Positions 16,901-22,583 of a stretch of 22,583 nt of DNA are shown here, piece by piece. Numbering within the stretch: the stretch's first letter is position 1; every line of letters starts with the position of its first letter. The notes beneath the pieces are model-generated. The model did no database searches, had not been told where the DNA came from, and saw nothing but the letters and a program-made list of their open reading frames with translations. Made by a program: the position numbers and the translations under genes. The DNA lies in the NCBI GenBank assembly GCA_023417885.1, contig JAEZED010000140.1, positions 1 to 22,583 on the forward strand. Reading direction: 5' to 3'. This DNA comes from Planctomycetota bacterium (GTDB lineage: Bacteria > Planctomycetota > Phycisphaerae > Tepidisphaerales > Tepidisphaeraceae).

Positions 16901-17012
16901 CCGGATTGGTCCAGGTGTCGGCGTAGGCCGTGGTGCTGCCAAGAGACACCGCGGCAACCGCCGCAACGAGTGCACGCGACGAAATCTTCATTGTCATCTT
17001 CTTGCTTGTCAC
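13959..17012 (-). CDS. Large secreted Gly/Ser/Thr-rich beta-helical repeat protein with a C-terminal PEP-CTERM sorting signal (exosortase substrate)
   Basis: Signal peptide MKISSRALVAAVAAVSLGSTTAYA. About 900 aa of degenerate ~25-30-aa repeats (LxVGYS/VGFS...GxASGS). The C-terminus VPEPGSLLLAPLAGLLCMRRRR is a PEP motif followed by a TM helix and an Arg cluster. AAGGGGG lies 8 nt upstream of the first ATG. Confidence 0.8.
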   Translation of the reverse strand: MTSKKMTMKISSRALVAAVAAVSLGSTTAYADTWTNPGVGDWFDPANWAGSGPYPYFPVFIDNGGTAIADPTSPLYTGGPIQTGFLHLGVAIVDGSQPPGATGHVQVNNLDVFTNNTLVAGYSALGGSTHGSLQITGGDLEVNAGTSSVGVARDGASQATGSVLINGGNASFTSGLSIGIALAPDNPGQGAFADGSFTVSTGSLSAGSLTVGSAIGTTSAQGSLDVAGDLTLTGSGLTVGMVDQTSVAAGNINAGGSLHYGDGGQVRVGYSTGGVAGGAVNADGPGLNVALSRAYVGRALNGGVASGSYETLNAYTGLDGFYVGTAYMGGNADGTFLAGSLTGGDAAPWLYTFVGVLEAGAGSASGYAIIPGTVRNLTPAGPSTYLQVGAMNGLSEGITSGDAEGLLTVAEGIIGFSNLRVGFAANADSGFAQGTLISGFGDIAATPGTSGSALVGYATSGASTNGDLRIQVGDLTGYQSLSVGFSSAAGSASGSVELENGSLDLLNGPLTVGYAVSTGGASGSVIVNGSVNISHTGAHNIGFSTAGGATGSFTAGSGTVTGSNIRVGYSAGGSAVGQFLTQADVTASLIDVGFSDNGTAVGRLAANSITVDGAGSVVGLRVGEMLVGTGSVDGRVEVQGALTAAMPTPNSTWPGLGIGLLGTVSSGSTNGQALGSVEVGAGITGFSSIRIASAFPQATGLAQGALEVTSGGISGNGLSGITVGVTTGAGDAQGELRVVGDINGYTGLSVGQSSGGEAVGEVTLHDGFSTFAGAVNVGRSSVAGQASGSLTLRDAFLVSDGLRVGELSSGGSRAQGLVRAEQSVISVGGTALIGWNGTGDPAGEAIAAVELTESVLTTTGDIAIAPHFDAPLASGRLELRNALAITQASLVIGAGGELIFEIAGPDRTDGNPQPGLYSAIDAHAAAIGGGMLVAEFTFLPTAGDVFDLIRTDQPDGIGGAFDNVMVLGLPDAAIYSYGIAFDDMGNEVYRLSVSAVPEPGSLLLAPLAGLLCMRRRR

Positions 17013-17176
17013 AAATGCCCCCTTTGCCCCGGGAGAAGTTCGCCAAAACCTACACGATCAACAGCGCCTCGCAAAGCTCATGATCGGAAGTAAGGCGCGC
17101 CTTTGAGCGCGGGCGGGACGGTCGTGCGGGGTTTTCCGGTATTTGCGGCGCGATGTCGGCGGCACGCTAACCTTGT

Positions 17177-17581
17177 GTGATGACCGGCGACGATCCTTTC
17201 GCTCCACTCTTCGCATCCGATCTCGCCCAGCAGGTGCGGGAGACGTTCGAGGAGATGATGGAGTTTGGCGCCAGCGTGACGGCGGCGACGCAGGAGACGG
17301 TTCATCGCTTCGAGGGGACGCTCAACCACGAACAGGAAGGGCCGGTGGTGATCCTCGCGCTGGCGGCGCTCCAGGTGAAGCACCGTGAGATCCACGCCTC
17401 GATCCGCGATGCGGCGCTGGAGCTGCTGCGATCGGGCGAGGCCGACAAGCTGGTCGCCGCCGAGCCGACGGCGCGGCGACAGGTTCGCCCGCTCCTCGCC
17501 GATCTGGAGGCAATTCTCGAAGCGCTGGAGGACGAGGAAGAGGAGGACGACGAGGACCTCGACGATGAAGACAGCCAGTGA
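17177..17581 (+). CDS. Hypothetical small acidic protein (poly-Glu/Asp C-terminal tail), possible first gene of the NfeD-flotillin operon
   Basis: 134 aa with genome-typical codon usage, ending ...LEDEEEEDDEDLDDEDSQ. Track ORF 17385..18563 overlaps it in another frame; that overlap is judged spurious. Confidence 0.5.
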   Translation: MMTGDDPFAPLFASDLAQQVRETFEEMMEFGASVTAATQETVHRFEGTLNHEQEGPVVILALAALQVKHREIHASIRDAALELLRSGEADKLVAAEPTARRQVRPLLADLEAILEALEDEEEEDDEDLDDEDSQ

Positions 17582-17696
17582 CTGGCCGGGCCGGTCGCCC
17601 ATCCAGCCCCCCTGCGGCTGTTCTCCCATCCCGAACCTCTATCCCCGCCGGCCCGGCCCGCGGGCGGCGCCGGGGGCTGAATTTCGCGCCTCCTCC

Positions 17697-18563
17697 ATGC
17701 AAGGCGTCCCGGTATCCGGTAGCATCGTGCGCGCGATGGACGCGCAGTGGCTGTTGGCATGGTGGAACGTGATCTACGTCCTGCCCTTCGGGCTGGCGCT
17801 GGTCTACCTGTTCGCCTATGCCGCCAGCGGGTGGACGTTCGGCGAGATGGGTGCCGACGTCGATGCCGACGCTGATGCCGGCGTTCACGTCGGTGCCGAT
17901 GTCGAGGCGGAGTTAGAATCCGAGGTGGCCGACGCCGGGGATGCGGTCGCGGGCGATGCCTCGGATCATGGCCTGCACACGCCGGGGACGGACGTCGATG
18001 CCGACTCCGATCCGACCGCGACGAAGGGCGTGCTGGAGTCGCTCGCCTGGCTCGGCGTCGGGCGCGTGCCGCTGTCGATCCTGCTGATGGTGCTCCTGCT
18101 GACATTCGGCGCGATCGGCTTCGTGGTAAACCAGCTTGCCCGGGAGTTGATGCCGGAGCACCTGGTCTGGCTGGTCTCCTTCCCCCTGGCCCTGGGGGGC
18201 TCCTTCGCCCTGACGTCCGTGATCGCGCGGAGCCTCTCGCGGTGGATGCCGATGACCGAAACCTCCGCCCGCCGCCGTCGCGAGCTGGTGGGGCTGCGGG
18301 CGACGAGCATCTTCCGGGTGGACGAGGTCCAGGGCGTCGCGATGGTGCGTGACTTTGGCGGGGATCGTTACCAGGTCGCCTGCCGTACCCTTCCCGGCCG
18401 TCCGGCGATCGACGGCGGAACAGAGGTCATTCTGGTGGGGTACGAATCGGAACGTGGCTTCTTCCGCGTGGTGCCGAGCGGCCTGGAGGAAGCGGCGGGC
18501 CTGCCGGGCGGCGACGACGCCACGGGCGGCGCGAGCGGCCGGGCATTGGGCGAGATGGCATGA
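17697..18563 (+). CDS. NfeD/YqiJ-like membrane protein (DUF1449-type, with C-terminal OB-fold)
   Basis: N-terminal TM (WLLAWWNVIYVLPFGLALVYLFAYAA), an acidic DADADAG linker, two further TMs, and a C-terminal NfeD-like beta domain (LRATSIFRVDEVQGVAMVRDFGGDRYQVACRTL...VILVGYESERGFFRVVP). It sits immediately upstream of the flotillin gene, as in yqiJ-yqiK. The start could be ATG 17697 or ATG 17736. Confidence 0.75.
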   Translation: MQGVPVSGSIVRAMDAQWLLAWWNVIYVLPFGLALVYLFAYAASGWTFGEMGADVDADADAGVHVGADVEAELESEVADAGDAVAGDASDHGLHTPGTDVDADSDPTATKGVLESLAWLGVGRVPLSILLMVLLLTFGAIGFVVNQLARELMPEHLVWLVSFPLALGGSFALTSVIARSLSRWMPMTETSARRRRELVGLRATSIFRVDEVQGVAMVRDFGGDRYQVACRTLPGRPAIDGGTEVILVGYESERGFFRVVPSGLEEAAGLPGGDDATGGASGRALGEMA

Positions 18564-18616
18564 CGCAACAGGCGCGGCGGTGAGCGTCGGGCCGCGGAAC
18601 AGGAAATGGAGACGAG

Positions 18617-20554
18617 ATGGTACTGATCATTCTGTTGGTTGTCGGAGCGTTCCTGGCGATCGCGCCGTGGGCTGCGCCGTTCGACGTGCCGTGGATCACG
18701 CAGGTGATCTCGACGGCCGCGGGGCTGACGGTCATCCTGGCGGCGGCGATTGCCATGGTCGTGACGCGGCTCTACCACAAGTCCAGCGCGAACATGGCGT
18801 TCGTTCGGACGGGGATGGGCGGGATCAAGCCGATCAAGGACGGCGGGACGATCGTGCTGCCGGTGGTGCACCAGGTGATCCCGGTGTCGCTGGAGACGAT
18901 GCGGCTGAACGTCGAGCGCCGCGGCCCGCACGCGCTGATCACCAGGGACAACCTGCGCGTGGACCTGGCGGCGGAGTTCTACATCCGCGTGCAGGCGAAC
19001 ACGGACGACATCATCAACGCCGCCCGCTCGCTGGGCAGCCGGAACGTCAACCCCCAGAGCGTCTCGGAGCTGGTGCAGGAGAAGCTCGTCAGCGCGCTGC
19101 GCACGGTGGCGGCCACGCAGGACCTGGTGGAGCTCCACAGCAAGCGTGACGAGTTCGCCGGCAAGGTGCAGGCGATCGTGACGCACGACCTGGCGAGCAA
19201 CGGGCTGACGCTGGAGTCGGTGACGATCAGCGCGCTGGATCAGACGGATCCGACGCAGCTCCAGGAGCGCAACGTCTTTGACGCCCAGGGCCTGCGCAAG
19301 ATCGCGGAGATCACCCAGAAGGCCAAGGTGGAGCGCAACGAGATCGAGCAGGAGGCCCAGCAGCAGATCACCGACAAGAACGTCGCGGTGCGGAAGCAGA
19401 TCCTGGACATGCAGCGCGACCAGGCGGAGTTCGAGGCCGAGCAGCGCGCCAGGGTCGCCAACGTCCAGGCGGCGCGTGAACGCGAGATCCAGGAGTTCAA
19501 GCTCGCCCAGGACGAGGCCGTCGCCCGTCGCGACATCGACCGCCAGCGCGAGATCGAGACCGCCGAGGTGCAGCGCCGGCTCACCGTCGAGCAGGCCGAG
19601 ATCCAGAAGCAGGTCGCCCTTGTCGAGCGCCAGCGCGAGCGCGAGACGGCGGAGGTGCAGAAGCAGCAGGCGATCGAGGTCGCCCAGCGTCTGCGCGAGG
19701 CGGCGATCGCCGCCAAGGAGCAGGAGCGGGCCGCCGCCCAAGCCGCGGCGCTCCAAACCGAGGCCGATCGCGAGGCGGCGCGGCAGCGCGTGCTGACCGT
19801 GGAGGTCGAGGCGCAGGCGGAGCGGGAGGCGAGTCAGAAGCTCATTGCCGCCAAGCAGGTGATCAACGAGAACCGGATCCGCGAGGAGACGGAGGCGGAG
19901 GTGCTCGCCTTCCAGCGCGTGAAGGAGGCCGAGGCGGATCGCCAGGCGGCCCAGCTTCAGTACGAGGCCAAGCTCAAGCTCGCGACCGCTGACGCCGAGT
20001 CGGAGCAGAAGCGCGCCGAGGGCGACCGCGCCCGCAAGCTCGTGGACGTCCAGGTGGAGCGCGAGCGCGTGGACGTCGAATCGCAGCGCGTCGAGGTGCT
20101 CCGCCAGGACCTGGCCAACAAGAGCGAGTTCGAGGAGGCCGCCCTCCGCTTCGAACTGGACAAGCTGCGCATCGAGGCGGACAAGCAGGTGCGCATCGCC
20201 GCCGCCCAGGCCCTGGGCCACATGCTTTCCAAGGCCAACATGCAGATCTTCGGCGACCCGGAGACCATGGCCAAGATGAGCAACCGCTTCATGCAGGCCG
20301 CCAGCATCGGCAACAGCGTCGACGGATTCCTAAAGGCCCTCCCGCCCCAGGCGCGCGATCTCCTCGGGCAGATCGGCGGAAAACTCGGCGTCGAGGACAT
20401 CGGGATCGACGGCGACACGTCCCCCGCCGCCGCGAACGGCTCCCACGGCGCGCCCCACGACGCTCCGCCGGAAGACGGCGTGTCCACGCCGCAGCCGGCC
20501 CCGTCCGCTGCCGACGGCGCGTCGGCCAGGGGCCGCAAGAAGCCACCAGCCTGA
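18617..20554 (+). CDS. Flotillin / SPFH (band 7) domain protein, YqiK/FloT-like
   Basis: N-terminal membrane hairpin, then an SPFH domain (IVLPVVHQVIPVSLETMRLNVERRGPHALITRDNLRVDLAAEFYIRV). A ~300-aa E/A/Q/R-rich coiled coil follows, then the C-terminal flotillin region. GGAG lies 5 nt upstream of the ATG. Confidence 0.9.
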   Translation: MVLIILLVVGAFLAIAPWAAPFDVPWITQVISTAAGLTVILAAAIAMVVTRLYHKSSANMAFVRTGMGGIKPIKDGGTIVLPVVHQVIPVSLETMRLNVERRGPHALITRDNLRVDLAAEFYIRVQANTDDIINAARSLGSRNVNPQSVSELVQEKLVSALRTVAATQDLVELHSKRDEFAGKVQAIVTHDLASNGLTLESVTISALDQTDPTQLQERNVFDAQGLRKIAEITQKAKVERNEIEQEAQQQITDKNVAVRKQILDMQRDQAEFEAEQRARVANVQAAREREIQEFKLAQDEAVARRDIDRQREIETAEVQRRLTVEQAEIQKQVALVERQRERETAEVQKQQAIEVAQRLREAAIAAKEQERAAAQAAALQTEADREAARQRVLTVEVEAQAEREASQKLIAAKQVINENRIREETEAEVLAFQRVKEAEADRQAAQLQYEAKLKLATADAESEQKRAEGDRARKLVDVQVERERVDVESQRVEVLRQDLANKSEFEEAALRFELDKLRIEADKQVRIAAAQALGHMLSKANMQIFGDPETMAKMSNRFMQAASIGNSVDGFLKALPPQARDLLGQIGGKLGVEDIGIDGDTSPAAANGSHGAPHDAPPEDGVSTPQPAPSAADGASARGRKKPPA

Positions 20555-20649
20555 TCGCGACCGCCCTGCGCCGCGACGGCCCCGCCGTCCATGTGGCCAG
20601 CCGGCGTGGCACACGACTGCACACCAACCGCAATCGTACAATGGAGTGA

Positions 20650-21594
20650 ATGTCCTCCGCCGCCGCACCACGCGCCCAGCGCCCGCCGCTGGTCGAGCCC
20701 GGGCAGATCGACCACCACGTTGCCGACATGGCCGTCACCGTCGCGGCCGACGTGACGCTGGGCGCGCTCCACGAGCGCCTCGCCGAAGCGGGCCAGTGGG
20801 TCGCGCTCGACGGCGCGCCCGATGCGCCGCTGGGTGAGCTGCTCCAGCACGACTCGACCGGTCCGCTGCGCCTGGGCTACGGCGGATGGCGGGACCTGCT
20901 CACCGGCGTCCAGTTCACAGGCGGCGACGACGAGCTCGTCACCGTCGGCGGGGTCACGGTGAAGAACGTCGCCGGCTACGACCTGGTGAAGTTCATGGTC
21001 GGGTCGCACGGGTGCTTCGGTCGCCCCGTCTCCGCCACGCTGCGGACCAATCGCCGGCCCGAGCACGCCCTGGCGGTGACGCTTGATCCGGACGATGTGC
21101 ACATTCCCAGCCTGATTGCGGCGGACGCCCCGCCGCAATGGCTGTTGCTGACGCCGCGTGGCCTTCGCGCCGGATGGCTGGGGCGCGCCCGGGAGATCGA
21201 GCGGCTGGCCCCGGAGGTGCGCGCCCTCGTGGAGGTCGAGCCGGAGCTTCGGTCGCTGAAGGCGGACGAAGAGGAGCGCCGCCGCCTGCTGGACGTGGGC
21301 ACCGAGCGCCTTCGAATCCACCTGGCCCCGGCCGAGGTCAGGAGATTCCTGAGGGAGGCGCCCGCGCGGGACTACGCGGCGGACCCGGTTTTCGGCGTGG
21401 TCTGGATGCGGGTGCCCGAGCGGCTGTCGGACGTGTTGCGAAGCGTGGAGGCGTTGGGTGGTGACGCCGTCTGGAGCGGTCGTGACGGCATTCGGGCTTA
21501 TGGGCTCTCCGCGTCCCAGAGGACACTGCTGGAGCGGCTCAAGGCGCGCCTCGATCCAAACCTGCGGCTTCCGGGGCTGCCTTTTGCCGGGTAG
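20650..21594 (+). CDS. glcE: Glycolate oxidase FAD-binding subunit GlcE-like (FAD_binding_4 / PCMH domain)
   Basis: GGVTVKNVAGYDLVKFMVGSHGCFG is the FAD-binding PCMH motif. The size (314 aa) and its position directly upstream of a GlcF-type Fe-S subunit fit GlcE. GGAGTGA immediately precedes the ATG. Confidence 0.7.
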   Translation: MSSAAAPRAQRPPLVEPGQIDHHVADMAVTVAADVTLGALHERLAEAGQWVALDGAPDAPLGELLQHDSTGPLRLGYGGWRDLLTGVQFTGGDDELVTVGGVTVKNVAGYDLVKFMVGSHGCFGRPVSATLRTNRRPEHALAVTLDPDDVHIPSLIAADAPPQWLLLTPRGLRAGWLGRAREIERLAPEVRALVEVEPELRSLKADEEERRRLLDVGTERLRIHLAPAEVRRFLREAPARDYAADPVFGVVWMRVPERLSDVLRSVEALGGDAVWSGRDGIRAYGLSASQRTLLERLKARLDPNLRLPGLPFAG

Positions 21595-21606
21595 ATAGGT
21601 TTACTG

Positions 21607-22583
21607 ATGAGCATGCGGTCCTCCCTCGACGAACCGGCAAGCGCCCGCCTCACCGCCGGCGAAGATGTGAACGATGGTGAGAACGGGCTCGCCAGCGGCC
21701 TGGAGAATCGGCGGCTCGACGGCTCCGGCATCGACGGGGAGGCCGCCTCCTCCGCTCCGCCCGATAACCGCTCCACGCAACCCTCCGCTCCGCAGGTCCC
21801 GGCGGCCGGCGAGCGCCATTCCTTGCCCGTCGACGCCAGGCGGCACGCGGGCGCCACGATCCAGCTCAACGCCGCCGCCTACGCCGCCGGCAATGCCTGC
21901 GTGCAATGCGGGCTCTGCCTCCCCGCCTGTCCGACCTACCTCGAGACCGGCAACGAGGCGGACAGCCCGCGCGGACGCATCCGGCAGATGCTCGGACTGC
22001 ATGAAGGGGAAGTCGAATACACGCCGGCGGGCCAGGAGCATCTCGATCGCTGCCTCGATTGCCGCGCCTGCGAAACGGCTTGCCCCAGCGGCGTGGAATA
22101 CCACCGCCTCATCGAGGATGCGCGCCACAAGCTCGAGCCGGTGCGCCTCGAACGCGCCGGCGTCCCGTCGGCGGGAACGCGGTTCCGAAAGTGGTTCTTC
22201 TACAACGTGCTGACGCAGCCGTCGCGACTCCGGCTGGCGCTGCTGCCGGCGCGCGTCCTCCAGAAGCTCGGGCTCTGGTCGCTGGCGCGCCGCATCGGGC
22301 TCATGCGCCTGCTCCCCGCGAGCCTGCGCGGCATGGAACGCATGCTCCCGCCCGGCGGGGCCCTCTGGCCGCGCCCCTTGCCCGCCCACTCCCGCGCCGG
22401 CGGGATCGACATGGTCGTGACGATGCTGAACCCCACCGCCGAGGCGGAGCGCCCGCGTGTCCTGGTCGGCTTCTTCGAGGGGTGCGTTGCCGCCGTGATG
22501 AACGCCGACGTCCACCGCAAGGCCGCCGAGCTGTTGTGCGCAAGCGGCGCGGACGTGATCTCCCCGCCGCAGCAGGCCTGCTG
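21607..22583 (+). CDS. glcF: Glycolate oxidase iron-sulfur subunit GlcF-like (4Fe-4S dicluster plus CCG domain), 3'-truncated by the window end
   Basis: Frame-1 translation from 21607 gives ...NACVQCGLCLPACPTYLETGNEADSPRGRIRQM...CLDCRACETACPSGVEY...: two CxxCxxCxxxCP clusters and the SPRGRI motif diagnostic of GlcF. There is no stop before 22583. The first ~90 codons form a low-complexity N-terminal extension, so the real start may be downstream. Confidence 0.75.
   Translation, partial: MSMRSSLDEPASARLTAGEDVNDGENGLASGLENRRLDGSGIDGEAASSAPPDNRSTQPSAPQVPAAGERHSLPVDARRHAGATIQLNAAAYAAGNACVQCGLCLPACPTYLETGNEADSPRGRIRQMLGLHEGEVEYTPAGQEHLDRCLDCRACETACPSGVEYHRLIEDARHKLEPVRLERAGVPSAGTRFRKWFFYNVLTQPSRLRLALLPARVLQKLGLWSLARRIGLMRLLPASLRGMERMLPPGGALWPRPLPAHSRAGGIDMVVTMLNPTAEAERPRVLVGFFEGCVAAVMNADVHRKAAELLCASGADVISPPQQAC

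Noticed and set aside
17585-17657. GGCCGGGCCGG ... CCGGCCCGGCC inverted repeat upstream of the NfeD-like gene
   Set aside because: An 11-nt GC-only inverted repeat with a ~50-nt loop is expected by chance in sequence this GC-rich. There is no supporting asymmetry or conservation information.
18368-20221. 617-aa minus-strand ORF, and 19957..21321 (-), 21601..22515 (-), 12118..13434 (-), 9764..10786 (-), 13605..14609 (+), 14718..15572 (+)
   Set aside because: Antisense or off-frame shadows of the flotillin, glcE/glcF, argG, amidase and PEP-CTERM genes. They are Leu/Arg/Gly-rich with no recognisable motifs, while the partner strand carries unambiguous homologs.
1-22583. Scan for tRNA/rRNA genes, CRISPR repeats, IS terminal inverted repeats, integrase or transposase genes
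   Set aside because: No T-loop-like GTTCGAATCC motifs. No regularly spaced direct repeats. No transposase or integrase homologs. GC content appears uniform, so there is no evidence for a mobile element or RNA gene in this window.

Overview
This is a very GC-rich (roughly 70% by eye), gene-dense stretch of bacterial chromosome. By content it is probably from a high-GC Gram-negative bacterium, possibly of the PVC superphylum (Planctomycetes/Verrucomicrobia), based on a stand-alone Ser/Thr kinase, a PEP-CTERM beta-helical surface protein and multiple HlyD-type adaptors; that placement is low confidence. The feature of most interest is a four-gene minus-strand operon (101..7544) that I have not seen described as a unit. 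Read in transcription order it encodes: (1) a classical HlyD-type periplasmic adaptor; (2) a protein with two cytoplasmic GAF-like domains, one transmembrane segment and a HlyD adaptor domain; (3) a three-part fusion of a PqqD-like peptide-recognition (RRE-like) N-terminus, an M50/site-2-protease intramembrane metalloprotease core (HEMGH plus NxxPxxxxDG) and a C-terminal HlyD adaptor domain; (4) a SecA paralog that keeps the ATPase motor and preprotein-binding domain but ends just before the helical scaffold, so it lacks the wing, two-helix finger and C-terminal Zn tail. No ABC, RND or MFS pump is present, so the motor and protease appear to take the place of the usual inner-membrane transporter partner of HlyD adaptors. 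The operon carries unusual non-coding spacers: a heptad-repeat leader that can fold into a 16-bp stem abutting the start codon of the M50 fusion, and a 265-nt internal spacer with a 35-codon sORF. The remainder is housekeeping or accessory: a Zincin_1-like mini-metallopeptidase, lipoprotein SppA, a zinc-ribbon membrane protein, an Amidase_2/PGRP-like protein, the Ser/Thr kinase followed by a clean intrinsic terminator, argG, a YjlB-like cupin, a 1017-aa PEP-CTERM repeat protein, an acidic protein followed by NfeD/YqiJ-like and flotillin genes, and glcE plus a glcF that runs off the window end. Many long ORFs in the supplied track are antisense or alternate-frame artefacts of the GC richness. 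I saw no rRNA, tRNA, CRISPR array or IS element.
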